Origin: Nitrospirales bacterium
Lineage (GTDB): Bacteria > Nitrospirota > Nitrospiria > Nitrospirales > UBA8639
NCBI GenBank assembly: GCA_965203295.1
Contig: CBDBCZ010000015.1
Location: 288,001 to 352,000 of the forward strand
Reading direction: 5' to 3'
Length of the DNA stretch: 64,000 nucleotides
Positions 37,505 through 52,322 of the stretch are shown here, one piece after another. The translations under genes were made by a program, and so were the position numbers. Under the pieces are notes generated by a model that searched no databases, was not told the origin of the DNA, and was given only the letters and a program-made list of their open reading frames with translations. Numbering within the stretch: the stretch's first letter is position 1; each line of letters starts with the position of its first letter.

Positions 37505-40500
37505 CTATCTAATTAAGACATTTATGTTGGCAGATTTACTTGTACCACTTTTGAGAAATCAACTCCAAACCCTGTAGAAAATATATAGAACAGCAGATGT
37601 ACATACGTATCTACTCTTGCTCTGGAGCATGCAGAAGGGGTGAAACTTATACCACTATGATCTATAGGAGAAAGTAGGATTTTCCACTTTGGTGAAAACA
37701 TGGTCGTTGAAGACATTCATGACCCTTCCAGCACCTAGGCCTTGGACTAGAGAGCTATAAATTAGGGTTCAAGTCATCAAGTGCCAATCCAGTGAAGTAC
37801 AAGCCACAGCATGGCTCATATCACTCTCCAAATGCAACAGTCCACAAGCAAAGCACATCACAACTACATGTAAATCACAGCTACATGCATATGTACATGT
37901 AATAAATCTTGAAGACATTCAAAGTACAAGCCACCCTACAAAATGTCTGTCTTGCTCATGGCACCTCACAAGCAAGGCAATACCTGACAGAGGTTCCAGT
38001 TTAGATAAAATGATCAGGGAGCTGAATCTACGTAAAACTCACAGCGGAGCACCCATACATTGTATATGAGCATAGATCCAGAGTAGGTTACACTGCTCCT
38101 GCACTAGAATTAGGCTAGCTAAACTGCTGCTGCGTTCAAAAATTAAATGACACACCACAGCTAATCATATGACAGCAAGCTACTATGCCACCAGAGTTCA
38201 TGCAAATACAACTGCAGCTATCAAAATTAATGCCTTGAGCTTTAGTTTCTGCTATTCTGTTAGTAGCACATCGTCTACTAATGTACTATCTATGCCTTAC
38301 CCCAACATAGCTGCACAGCCTTGCCTCAGCTGCTCAGTGCACACTCATTCACTGACTGTAAACTAACATAGTACTCTACACTCCTCGACCTTCAGCTGCT
38401 CCACTCTGAGTAAATATCCCCCCAATGACATTACTGCATGACTGTCACTCACAGTTCTTGCCAACATCTATAGGTATATAAGCCCAAAGAAAGTGTCCAC
38501 AGTCTCAAGAAGCCACCAAAAGCGACCTTAGAGCACTTAAGATTCAAAGGGAATATGCTGCTAAAGTCTTTCCCACCTCAACCAAGTGAATCTGTATAAA
38601 GATCTGATTAGGGCTGTACAGTTAAGGACAAAAATAGCTTCTCACCACCACACTGGGGTACGCAGTAGAGTATGTTTTTCAGTTATTTTCTTTCCCTGAT
38701 TCCTTGGCAAGCTGACAGAGTGAGATAATAGATAAAAAATCAACACTAGCAGTGGCTAGCAGAGGTACTATTATTAGAGTGGTAATTATGTGCTTAAGTC
38801 ATAGCCAGACTACGTATACTACAAGGGAGCTAGTGCTGTTATCTCAGTACAGAACTAGTGCAAATTACGTATAATAAATCTCAGCACAAACACTCATAGA
38901 ACCATCATGTAGTATTTCCTATAAGCAGAACGTCCAATATCCAAAATCACTGGACATTGCACTCGTCTTGCTTGATCTGGTTCATTCTTCAGACTCAGCC
39001 AAAAACAGTACAGACTCGTCCAATATCCAGTGATACTGGATGCTGTTCATCCAATAACATGATCTAGTACACATGTAGGCTCACATGGGAACTCACCGCT
39101 AGCTCAAGAATTCTCACTCGGCACATTTTTGAATTGGCTAGCACAAGTATTCAAAATATTTCATAGCTCAGTTGGTTCCTATGCTCAACAGTATAATATT
39201 ATGACAGGAACACATGCTGGTAGAATAGCACAGCTCCAGTCTGGGATCATACCTGCACAAACAACCCTTCTGGAAAGGAATCTCCAATCTCAAAAGGGCT
39301 GTGATACCCACGCAGTTCTGACAGCACCATTTGTTGTGATCTTGGATTTGAAAGTATAACTATGTACTACAGTTCACATTTTCTGCAATGCGTATTCTGT
39401 CATCTGATTGGTTAGCACACTTCAAAAGTCTTTTTCTCCTACACAGCTCCATGTACAACTAATAGAGGTCGCCATATCATGGTATGGTGGGACTACTGAA
39501 GTTGTGGTAGCTGTGACAGGTGATACATCAACAGAACAGAAACTGTATGCAGTGTACATGTATAGTTCATCATATGTATGTATGAAGACAAGCGTCTTAA
39601 TTGGGCTGAGAGATTCATAAAAATTAATGTCTGTATAGCAGCCACTCAGTATGTTCACTGATCTGACGTATCGTCCTGACCTTACTGCAGCAGTTTTATA
39701 CAGGAAGTTTGAATGTACATCTCTTGCTTGCAATCAGTTTAGCTTGTAAACTCTCAATGCCTAAACCTAGAATTTATGGTTACAGGGGGTACTTTGCTGA
39801 TATTCAAATCTCCAAATCAAGTGGATGGCTATGTTGACAACATGAAAGTATACACCAAATTGACAATAATTATGAACATAACCACACCCTCTACTAAAGA
39901 ATCCACAAAAATGCATTTTTATTAATTTTACTAAAATGAAAATTATCGGATCTGCTAGAGCCCCACTTACAGTATGACAATATTATCACTAGTACCTACA
40001 TAGGAGACAGGCTAAAAATGTACTTTGGCTTTTTCACAAGTGTTTCAAACCCAAATTTATAGTCCAGAACGCATCTAACCACCCCAAAACGCTCATTTTC
40101 AATATCCTGCCTTTCAAAAAAAATTATATGCCTGTCCACTTCCGCCCGGCTTAGCTGCCTTACAAACTTCAACCAACTCACAGCAAATATATGTTACATT
40201 CACCCCTCAATTATTCAAAACCACCCATCAAGGCACTCCCTATAAATCTTCACAAATTTTCACACAGCTAGCAAACCACAGCTCGCTATGCAAATGGACG
40301 GATCCTATGAACCGTAAAGGTTAAAACTATAGCAACAACCTGTCAGCATATCCGTCTGTCTGGCTGACTCATAGGCACTTCAGCCACCTAACAAATTTTG
40401 TGGAACACACCAGCTGACTATTTAGCCATAATTAGCCTATATGCTTCTCACCACTATATATACAAGGTCCTATTTTAAACAAAAATTAAAGGCAACACTA

Positions 40501-43500
40501 GAATACTGCTCAACCACATCAAAGTGTCAATATCACACAGCAAAGAGCTGTTATCCACATCAAATTGACACATCCCTCCAGTTAATTCCAGTTGCCACCA
40601 TGGAAAACATAAACATATAAATTAGTGCCATGTGAATGACGTCTTTCATTATTAGAAGAACCACACGAAGCGGTACCACCTCAACCTTATGCCTCAGCTA
40701 ATGCAATGCCATGTATAATACCAAAAATTCCAATTACTCAAAGTCCACATTTAATTGTTCACAATCCATGAGTGTGTTCTCTGATCATCGAAAAGCAGGC
40801 TCTTACAACAGTTCATCTAAAAAACACTTAGAAAATGTGTACTATGCTCCAACCAAAGGGAGTAGATTTGAGGTTACAACCACTTTGCCACAAAGTGCAA
40901 AGTATCATGAAGCGGTTTCTCAATGTTTTTTTATTTTCCTATATAATAGGAATAGGGAAGCTATACAGTACAGAGCAAAAAATTTAACTCCCAAGTTTAA
41001 AAAAATAGCGACTCTAAAGTATTTTCGATCTCACTTTACATGTGAAGCCTGTGTCATGTGACAGTTAATCGCAAGCGGCAACAGATTCTTGAAACTGAGT
41101 GATAATGCCACCACGAACTGTCTGACAACGACAATGGAATTCAACGATACCCAATAAGATCAGGAGCGCATAATGACTTTTTCTTACGTCATTATGCGCT
41201 CCTGGTAAGATACTACGGCACTGATTCTGTGGTCCCTACTAATAAGGAGTTCATAATTTACGGTAATACCACACTCACCTCCATACTGTCCAAGTTCCTA
41301 TGTCCTTCCAATCTTTGGTAGAGCTACGAGGTTATTAACTTGGATTCGAGCACTCGCTTGCGCCATACAAGCCAGCCAATCTTGTATAGAATTTGAGAGC
41401 CTACAAACAAGATGGACACAACTAATTAACCCAGGGGTGGAGAGGACCACTCTGGCTCTTGTGCAGGTCTTGGTAGTATTTCACCATCCTGGGTACATGA
41501 ACCCCGACGCTCATAAGCCCCTGTGGGTACCCAATTCACACATTCCTTGACAGATGGGTGCAACGCACTTACAAGAAAATTATGGAACCTTCTTGTCCCC
41601 TCCTGTTCCACATCTTCGTACTTGCTCAGCTGGTCCTATAATTTAGGCCATCATCCAATGGTTGGAAAACAATCTAGTGGCACTTGCAAGTTGTCTGATA
41701 GTATAGTGCAGAGGCATTTATGCGGATCAGTGATGGCAGACCTGGGCCATGGGGGGTGCAGCTAGCCAAGAGTTCCGAGGTACTTGAGATGGGGCAGAGT
41801 ACGTTACAGCCATGCATAGCTGCGGGGCCCCGAGAGGGGTCTAGAAATCAAGGCCACGTACGGATCCACGGTTCGGAAATTGCTAGCGAATGCCACTGAT
41901 CCATGCTGCTGCGAAGGTACAACTCCAGCTAGTCCAGTCCACGTGGTGTCGACCTCAACGCGAGATATCACCATGATTTACAGGCTTTGTTCTGACACTG
42001 CACCCTGGGGGGCTAGTCGTATTGCGTGCTGGCCGCTAAAAGGAAGCCTTGTCTTCGATGCCTTGAAAACGGAGTAAGGTATGAGCATGCTCTATAATGT
42101 ATCTAGTATATACACTACGTATAAATAAGATAAGAATGCGAAATTAATATCACAAGGTTACGCACAGCCATTGCCTATTCGCCGTAGGCATCTTGCAACA
42201 TGCACTTCAATGTGCACTTGCAAGGCCTCCGACCACACGTGTTCTGGTATTCAGCAAACGGCATAATGAATGTGAGCTTATCTTAATTGCTGTAGAGCAT
42301 TATTAGGATGCTTCCTAAATGCTCAGTGACACTGACACATGGTGTATAATTTGGTGTTGCACTACTTGTAACTCAGCAGCAGTGACAACGCTTGTCCAGC
42401 ACACTACACGTGATGCCTACAGTCTACTAATTAGTATGGGACAATGCATGGGACAATCATGCACACGATATAAATTGGCAGGGCTTGTTTGTTTCATCTC
42501 CATTGCTTCTAAAATGATAACTGTAGAGAGTAGAGTAGAAGAGCTGACCTTCTACTTTATTCTCCATAGAATGATCACTGCATCGATCCGCTCAGAGCGT
42601 CTGGCCAGGAGGGAGGGGGGGAGGCTGGCAACAAGGCTAGTACCATAAGCTAACTGCTCATATAAAGGGCTGAGAGCCATACTGGGCCAATGGTGGTCTA
42701 GATTATTCTAGCAATTAAACTTCTTCCCCGTTTCTTGTTTGTGTCCCAAATGAATGTAGGAAGTCATGTTTGCACTGCAACATTGGGGGCTCACTCCCCA
42801 AATGAAAGAATTCATGTTTTTCTATTGTAAGCGCCAAACCTTGGGGGAGGTCTGGGATTGACGCTATACTACGCACTGCTGTACATTCTATAAGTGTGTG
42901 TAGCCTCGTTCCCGGTTTCCACTCCCCAGCTTTTTTGCATGCTGGAAAAGGTTGGTGAGAAGTGGAGACTGGGAACGGGGCTACGTAGTGTGTGTGTGCT
43001 AATAGTACATTCCACCCTATGAAGCAATCTAAGACTTCTGTAATGCTGCAGTGTTACCATGTTATGACTGGTTAGATGCATGTTGCTACTTATAAATAAT
43101 CCTACGTACATTCAAGCCACAAAACAAGGGGTAGAATACTAGGGCTAATTACTAAATGGAACACTTATCCCTGTCCCTATTAAAACGCACTGGACCCTAT
43201 AGGTTTCCTGTCTCTTTCCTCGTTATCTTCACTGAAGTTGATTAGCACAGTACAGTTTTTAGCAGACCGTTACTGTGATCTCTTTCTCACACAGATTATA
43301 GTAGTAATGTACTAGCCAATCAAATCGCTAGAAATGGCAACTATAGTCCTCATTTCTGCAATTTAATTGCCTAGTATGTTACTACTATAGCCCACCCGGA
43401 TTAGGGCTCAACCTCCATTATTGGCCTTGGAAAAAAAATTTCTCTCAGAATGTGCTAGGCAGAGCCCTTGTCCTCCCTCAGGAAAATTACTTTCCTCGGC

Positions 43501-44097
43501 CAATAATGTCAGTTAGAGCCCTCATTGTGGAGCACTAACTATTACATTCATGCTCTTCTCCCACCTGCATACGTTAGCTAGCTAGCCCTATAATAGCTGT
43601 GGCCATGCCACTGTTTTCAGTAAATCAATCCCAGTCTTCACCTCAGCTGCATTATTATAATATTATGTTACACATGTGTAACTGTTAATTGCTGAGCGCC
43701 TTAGCACAAGGAAATTAATGTCTCCGCTTTCGGCCCCGGGGACTACCCTGGGGGGAGGCACGTGTTCAAGACTTTGTACCGCTGGCGCATAAACAATCAG
43801 AGAGTTATTCAAGTGGATCACTGTGTTTTACCAAGGTTGTCTTATTGCAGCTCCAATATCACTATAGTTTGAGTAGCTTCTGTTCAGTAGAGACGTGACG
43901 GCCTGACGGTATCGTGGCAAATCGAGCGCTATGAACAGAAGCAAAGCCCAGTGACTCTGCGTCAACCATAGCTGGGCCTTGAAAGTACGTTTCAGACAGA
44001 GACATCCACCTACTGACATGCTAAAAGTGTAGTCACGTTGTTGTAGCAGCTTCCAAAGTGGGTGTGGTTTGCGATTCCTCTCGATCTAGCTTTCCAT
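37505..44097 (-). pseudogene. Multi-exon decayed gene of unknown function (unit B)
   Basis: Homologous to 10091-17215, lacks the MITE, shares most stops. Confidence 0.65.
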
Positions 44098-44869
44098 GTG
44101 TCTGCGCGAAGCCTCACTGTGCATGTGTATGTCTAGTAGAGCCATTGGGTGAGGACCTTGGTGGCGCAGTAATACTATTTAGTGCAAGCTCAGTCTGGTA
44201 ACCAATTTTCTGGCTAGACCCTGTATGAATAATCTCATGAATATAAATAATACTGTTGTAGCTTTATCATACCAGCAGGGTTAAAAGTTCAAGTACTGGA
44301 AGTTTATCTACAGGGGACAGATTTTATGTTTCCATGCACATACACATTAATTAACGTACTGCATGACATACGTACAATAATGTGACTTTGCAACCCCCAT
44401 TACATCATAACAAAGGTCCATTGTACCTAGATAGCAAGTGTTCCCACTTTCATTATTTCTAATTAGTACAAGGTTATAACAGTTTATTTTCCTGATAAAA
44501 GGTGATTAGTAAGTGGCAATGCTATGCATGGCTTCAGCTTGGTTAGCAGAATATTAAATGTGTGCATACCTTGTATGCACACATTGTATTAACGTACTGC
44601 ATGACATACGTACAATAATGTGACTTTGCAACCCCCATTACATCATAACAAAGGTCCATTGTACCTAGATAGCAAGTGTTCCCACTTTCATTATTACTAA
44701 TTAGTACAAGGTTATAACAGTTTATTTTCCTGATAAAAGGTGATTAGTAAGTGGCAATGCTATGCATGGCTTCAGCTTGGTTAGCAGAATATTAAATGTG
44801 TGCATACCTTGTAGCTAGTATTGCTATGCTTATATTGTTCAATGAACATGAAAATAAAATATAACATTA

Positions 44870-47254
44870 TCATGGAGTACGGTAGTACTCCATCATGGAG
44901 TACGGTAGTACTCCATATGTAGGGATGGCCCTGATAAAAAATGGCCTCCCCATTAAATGTGTATAAAATGACATGTTCAGAACTCTGCTGTAGGTGTAGT
45001 CTAGGACTAATATGAGCCCTACCAGCTATCCTCAGGCGTTGTCATCACTAACCAGACTGTTAGCACTGCTAAAAAACATCTCTGAAGTACCAAAGCGGCA
45101 AGTGGTTAAAACCGCCGATACGTCTATCTCGGTCTCGGTCTTAGTCTTAGTCTTCTTTCAGCCAGGCTAGCACAAGAACAGGCGAAGTAATTAACAAGAT
45201 TCCAACACGAACGGCCTTGATTGACCCTCGGGTAGTGCCTTTTGCACATAGCGTTTTCAAAGAACTCGAATAAGTTCAGCAGTGATAACGGCCACTCTCG
45301 AGTGGACGCTTGCTGCTCACACGCCATTTTATGGCAGGCTGATACGCATGCGCAGACTGCCTGACAGCACGTGTTCATCTATTTAAAGCCTATATACCTT
45401 CGAGCATGCTGTTCGGTAGTTCTCGAGTGGAAGTGTGGAAGTGCTTGAAAGCATAGATAGTATAGCAAGCAAGGGTCTCCCAATCATTCATGTGATTGCT
45501 GTTCTTCTTGGAATTACAAGGTACTTTGCATGCAGTATGCCTAGTTCAACGAATTAGCCTATTAGTATGTACAGAGAGCCTGTGCACTTCCTTTAATGAC
45601 AAATGGCAGATACCATGCAGTGAAATCGGCAGCACTGAATATGCAGGTAGTAAGGACCAGCAGCCTGTAAAATGGCACTGTAGTTAAATGAGTGCAAAGC
45701 AGTCACTGAAACAGAAGTAGCTGTCGCTCAAGCAGTCATTTGAGGACACTTTCCACCCAATTTACACAACACAACATTACACTCTATGCTGATGACCTTT
45801 GATTGTGCCGCTCGGTTCTTTCATTCTTGAGTGTAAGTGTGAAAGTCCCTGAAAGTTTGGTTCTTCCATTCATTCATGTGATAGCTGTTCTTGGAATTAC
45901 AAGGACTGGTACTTTGCATGCAGTTTGCCTAGTAATTTGCAGAAGGCAAGGGCCCAGAATTTAAAACAGTGCATTCAAAACTGATAAAGTATTGTGGCAG
46001 CTGCTAGGGCACCCTCACTTGCCAGTTACAAAGTTGACCCTGAGAAGAAAAGGGCAACCTCACATGGCAGGAAACATCCCCCCCCCCTCCCCCATGCACA
46101 TGCGGGCAAAGGCCTTCCTGATGCTGACTGGAGTACCTATACAACCATGGAAGTATATATTATCTATGTATACAACATGCACCATCCTCAAACAAGTTCC
46201 TTTCCAACACCATGCACATTTACACCTACACAGTTGTTACCACCTCCCAAAAATGCCCCAAAACAAGTTACAGAAAAAGCACTTTGCCAAAAAGTGCAAA
46301 AACAAGTCATGTAGGGATGCCCTTCCACCAAAAAACACTGCCCCAAAAACCAATGAAACAAGCAACCATGCACACCGGAAGGCATGCACAGACTACACAC
46401 ATCACAGTGCAATGCATTTACCACGTACCTACCATCCCTACATCTTTCCAACCACACCCACCCAATCCATACCACACCCAATACTTCTCAACACACACCA
46501 CCATCCACAATCATCACAATCAACCACAACACCTCGTTTCCATTCAACAACATCCTTATCCACAATCATTACATAATTCACAAAACACAACACCCCACAC
46601 TACAACCAACCCAACTTTAACGGCAAACACTACTCCGAGCAAAATGCGCTTCCCTCCACATTCACAAGCACAAACCAAGCAGAACAATTCTTCACTACAC
46701 CACACTGCCACCAACATGGACTACAAACATAACCCACATCAACTGCCATACAACATAGTTGACAACACTCAATCTACACTTTACTAAACACACCCACTAG
46801 ACCGCCCCTACAAAGAACTCACACACACACAAATCTCACAACACACTCACGAAACTTCATAACACTCAACCACGCATAACCAAACACTACTGAAGTCCCT
46901 AAATAAACACCAAATGACTCCACCCTCAACAACTCACTAGTCTAACATGCATGTGTACAATCAACACTAGCTTTCAGTTACCTTCTACAACCACCAACAT
47001 ACTCATTAGCAACACACACACTACCACTATTCACATACCGTATATACACAATTGGGGTGGGTGTGGTTGGAAAGATGTAGGGATGGTAGGTACGTGGTAA
47101 ATGCATTGCACTGTGATGTGTGTAGTCTGTGCATGCCTTCCGGTGTGCATGGTTGCTTGTTTCATTGGTTTTTGGGGCAGTGTTTTTTGGTGGAAGGGCA
47201 TCCCTACATGACTTGTTTTTGCACTTTTTGGCAAAGTGCTTTTTCTGTAACTTG
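44870..47254 (+). mobile_element. 2.4-kb non-autonomous rolling-circle (Helitron/Helentron-type) element, unit B only
   Basis: Empty site CATTA|TACAAC near 17983-17993, no TSD, 5' TC, 3' CTTG. 3' hairpin GCACTTT-TTGGC-AAAGTGC, sub-terminal IR ATGTAGGGATG / CATCCCTACAT. Confidence 0.85.
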
Positions 47255-47985
47255 TACAACTATTGAGGCGATCATCCGTGCTATCTCTGTACACACACCA
47301 CCTCCTACACAACAAAATTCAGGTATTTAGTGTAAACACCCCTCTAGTTTTTTAGTAAGTATTTTACAATAATATGCAGTTTTATTGCAGACATTGTAGT
47401 TTTCTTAGTGCAAGTGGGTGGTACTTTTCCAGGTGTTACACAATCATTCATCAGCCTTATTAATAATGCAAATAAGACACCAAAAATAGGAGCACCTCTC
47501 AGTGAATTAACGATACCAAAGTGCGCATATGCGCTTTCTACGTACGCGTCTATATAGAAGCGTAAATGTACGTAAGCGCTCGAGTGCGCGGAGCATGCAA
47601 TCGTGATCGATTACGTAATCTGAGCCACCGATAATTACGTAATCATCTACGCTGCCAATGATTACGTAATGCGACGGAAGCTCATGATACATGTACACGA
47701 GGCCGAGTCTGCACTTCGCGGTCACGTACCCAGTCGTCTATGATGTACAGTTCAGCATCAAATAAAAAATACCAGGCAGGTAACGCATGTGCACAAATTG
47801 TTAAGAGAACCGTCTAGAAGAGAGAATATGCATGCAATAACAGTCTCACAATTACAAGGTCAAAAGAAAACTCACATTAGAGCAACACAAGAAAAACCTC
47901 ACAACTACATGAACAGAGCATATGCAAGTAAGCATAAGGTTTGTTCCCTTGTATGTATAGAAAGAGCCATCATCAACCGTCCTTA

Positions 47986-50900
47986 CTAGTAAGACGTGCG
48001 TGTATGAAATTGTTCAAAACAGTGTCCCTGACACAGAAACGCATCACACTTAGGGCAGAAGTTTTGCGTTTTGACATCTTTTTGTTTTCCGTATTTCCGA
48101 CGACATACAACGCACCTTGATCTTTTTTTTACTTTTGTATGCAAAGTGCTTGCCGGTCAGTCGCTTCTCAGTAGTTGCTGGCTTTCTAGATATACCCTTA
48201 GAGTCGGTGGGCAGCTTGGGTTAGCTTTGAGATTCAAGAGAGGCTGCACTAGCTCTTCGGCTAGCTTTAGCCGAAAGGACCTCTGTGACTTTATGGCTGA
48301 ATTGGGGTTGTTCTGGCGAAAAAGGATCCAAGCATTTATAATGCAAATGTCCACCAACCTCCAAAAAACCTTCTTCCACCATTTGAGTGTACGCCGAGTA
48401 CTCATGGAGTAGTAACTCAGATGTTGGTCCATTAGATCTACGCCACCCATGTATGCGTTATATTCGGAAATGATGGTGGGACAGGGAATGGGCTGTTTTT
48501 CGCGGCTTCCTTTAGGACGCTTCAGAACTACTGTGGCGGAGGTATTATGCATTGTACTCAATGCAAGCACATCTCTACGGTCAAACCACCACACAGCTGT
48601 CAGTCGACCTTCACTAGCGGTACCAAAACGCATGTTGCCTGGCACAGCGCTCCCACTAGGTTTCAAATCTGGGGGAAAGCCTTTGCGATTCGGTCGCACC
48701 GTCCCAGCGCTGTATGTTCCACGTTCCAGTAGATCGAGGAGAAGTCTTGGCCCTGTATAGAAGTTGTCAATAAATAGGCAATGGCCTTTTCCTTGGAATG
48801 GTTCCATAAGTTCCATGACAACTCTGTAGCTCAGTCCTTTCTCTATGGTACCTTCATGGGCACCAGTGTATATTTCAAACTTCAGAACATACCCAGTTTT
48901 TGCCTCAGAGTTTACCCAAATCTTTATCCCAAGTCGAGTGGGTTTCTTCGGCATGAACTGCAAAAAAGCAATACGACATCGTGTCCCTACCATCATTTCA
49001 TCTATGCTGAGTTGACGCTACGGTTGGTAGTACTGTTGAAACACAGCAGACAAATGGTCAATCAAAGCTCTAACCTTGAACAGGGGGTCGTACCCCTGCT
49101 CACCCTGTTTTTTCTGCTTGGTAGAGTCTGCTAAGTGCAGAAATCTTAAGATGGAAAGGAAACGATCTCGAGACATGATGGAAGGAAACCAAGGGGTTGC
49201 TAAAATGTTGTTTGTAGCCCAGTAATCATGAATTTGGGGAAGCCGTAACATTCCCATTGCGATGTTTACTCCTATGAAAGCTTGCAATTCCTCAATACAG
49301 AAGACGAAGGTTACACCTTTTTGGGATGCAAACAGTATCGTCTGTTGAACGATCGATTCTAGAATGACAACCGTAAGGAAAAGCTCCAATATTTGCAGGG
49401 GACTCACAGCATCTTTAGTCCGAGGTGAAGGGCCAGTGGGATAGAAAAAGGGAGGTAGCTGCCGTGGAGCTGGTTTCTTCTTTGCAGTAGAGATGAGTTC
49501 CCAAGTGACCACTTCAACTCTCTATCACTGTCCTTGTTAGCAAGAAAAAGTTGAGCCAATAAAGTTTTATGTTCCTAAAGAACAAACATTCCTTAGTCCG
49601 TCTCATTTCTTCAAACCACCCCTTTTATTACAGAATCTGACTTATGTGACCCTTTTAGCAAAATTTGACCGTTTGGGACTGTTTTACACTAGCAGTTGGC
49701 ATATAAATACTTTGCTTATGCAGAACTGCAACTGTTAGGTTAGGTGGAATTCATCTCAATTGACAGAAAATCCAAATGGTCAATTTTCCCTGAAAAGGTG
49801 ACAAAATTAGGTGATGGTATACCTAGCAGACTCTTGAACACAGCTGCTTGTACCACGGTTGCTTCTAGCTCCACCTCGACCACGCCCAACACCACGCCCT
49901 CGTCCACGCTGACCACCTCGACCTCGACTACGACGACCTCGACCACCTCCACCGTGGCCACCACCACGGCTATGATCACGGCTACTTCCACCTCTTCGAG
50001 CATGGCTACTTTTGTCACTTTGAAGTCGTCTCCTTTTGGGTGGCGGAATGTCATCATCCGAGGTTTCAGGCTCAGTAGTAGTGCCACATCCAATACTTCC
50101 ACCACATCCAAACACAGAACTTATTTCAGAAGCAGCACTCGAATCTTCACCTAAAAAGAAATTGGTATATGAATGGAAATACACATTTGGAGATTCATAT
50201 TGAAACCAGAAGCGCATCAAGCCGGCGAGGGAGCATGCAAGTAGTATAGACGGCGAAATGCAAACACGGCAACCGGATGCTAATTTTAGTAACCACCAAA
50301 TATGGAATATATACACACGTGGGTACGTCGGTGAGCGGCAGTTTTGCAGGCCGACTACGGAGAGCGTTGGATGGTGATACAGCTAACGCAGGCCCCGAGC
50401 ACGACACTGATGGGAAGGTTAGTTGTAAGCCTTTGTAAGAGTCATTGAGCATGAGTACGGCAGTACTTGGACTCACTTGTTGGAAGATTGGTGTGTCTCC
50501 CATACGCTTTCGCTTCGGAGAACTAGTCATCTCGCTCGAGTATGCCGACTCACCACTTCATTTTTATCCACTTTGTGGCTTTCTCTGTTAGCTACTTTTT
50601 CCTGCTGTTGCATCATAAAAATTAATATACGGATACTACTTTTTTTAGAATAATTATGACTGCCATGTTTGAATTTTATCGTCTATGTATTGCACGTGCG
50701 TAGTTGCATGCTCCCTCGTCGGCTTGATGCGCTCCTGTTGAAACTTATCAGCCTTGTTCCCAGGCTCAACAACCCAGTGTTTTTTTTTGCTTTTTGGGCT
50801 GGGAGTCTGGGCTCTTTGGTACATCACATGACGTCACGTACTTGATATAGTTATTCTAAATCAATTTACTCATGATGTATAGCAGTACTTCACTGTGTGT

Positions 50901-52322
50901 GTTGCTGTAAAGTCAGAGTCGAATCAGAGTGAAGACTAGCTGTTGTGGGCTGAAACAAATATTGTCAAGGAAACTGACTTACTAGTGGTGGGCCTTACCA
51001 CCTGGCATCAAGGTAAACAGCTAGCACAGCCCAGCATCTAGCTACACATGTACCACCAACTCAATATACCGCATATACATCGGGTACCTAGACTACCATA
51101 TACACCCTGCTAGCTGTTTACCTTGGCACTGGGTGGTATTCGGCTTGACAACCAGTTTCTATGCATGGTAGCACTACCCAATCCAGATAAATTCAAGGAC
51201 TACTGCTAGTTGAAACCTTCCTTGACTTAACAGTTTTCATCTCTGATTCGACTCTGACTTTACAGCAGCACATACAGTGAAGTACTGATTTACATCATCA
51301 GTAATTTGTTTTAGCAAAACCACATATGCTTCGTCACATACATAAAGTTCTATGATGTACCTGGCTCCCAGCCTACGTTCTTCCAATGTGCAAAAAAGCT
51401 GGGCTGTGGAACCTGGGGACAAGGCTAAATATAGGCACAACTGCAAATTTAGTCAATGGTCAAGAGTCAAAGCCGCTCAAAAGCTAGGGTGTACTCAGTG
51501 GTCAAAGCGTGCTCTATAAAATATGGTCAACAGCAGATCATAATGCGGAACAGATGGGCACATGCACAAGCAACAGTCTACAGCTTGAAGATCACTCGAG
51601 AAGGATGGATATTTTTTTCAGCTGAGTGTTCAATTGGTAAGCTTTACAATGAATGGGTCTAGTAGAGCAGTCACAGGTCAATGGCCAAAAAAATCAGCAT
51701 TATCAACAGCCAAACCACTACACAGCTTTGACACATGGTCGCAGTTGTGACTATGCAGTCTATAGGAGTGACTACCCATTGTCTAAAGTAGGCACTGCCT
51801 ACTGCACATGCGCAATAGCTAATTAATTTAGCAAGCGCATGTTCAGAAAAGTCGGCAAGAAGGGATTTGAGCTTTGTGTCCAGCTACATCCATAAGCTAC
51901 TATATCGTTGAAAAATGGAAAGGCAAAATTATAGGCGTATAAGCTCCCATTTTTCAGTCATTTATATAACTACACGAGTAAACACACACACACGCGCGCA
52001 TGCACGCACCTTCAAATTCATCGTCAATGAAATCTTTGTCCAAAAAGAGAAGCGAAGTCCTTTCAGCCGGATCAAGAGCCGTAGCATTCTTCAAAAACGC
52101 CGACGGATCAGCGCTAAATGCCGTTTCCAGGGCTAATTGCAGTCTCTCCGCGTCTTCTTCTTCGGATGTTGACAGCGACTCTGCTTCGCTCGTAGTGATC
52201 TCGTAGAAATCATTGGCATCGGAGTCAGAACTACTATGATCACTGGCAACGGAGTCAGAGATATACTGACTGCTACTTTCGACCACACTCACTTCCTTGA
52301 AGGAAACGCGTGAACCAGCCAT
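47986..52322 (-). pseudogene. Spliced piggyBac transposase pseudogene, unit B
   Basis: 279-aa ORF 48157-48996 carries the FIDNFYT and GGVDLMDQ motifs, with SIDEMMV at its start. Exon 1 (52322-52010) and the RGG exon are open. Stop at 49018 and lesions near 49500-49535. Confidence 0.9.

Noticed and set aside
44871..44916. Palindromic 23-bp repeat as a CRISPR array
   Set aside because: Only two abutting copies, no spacers, no cas genes, and a eukaryotic context.
45992..46787. Long His/Thr/Pro-rich ORFs in all three frames
   Set aside because: CA-rich, T-poor sequence lacks stop codons. No domain motif, and it lies inside a non-autonomous element.
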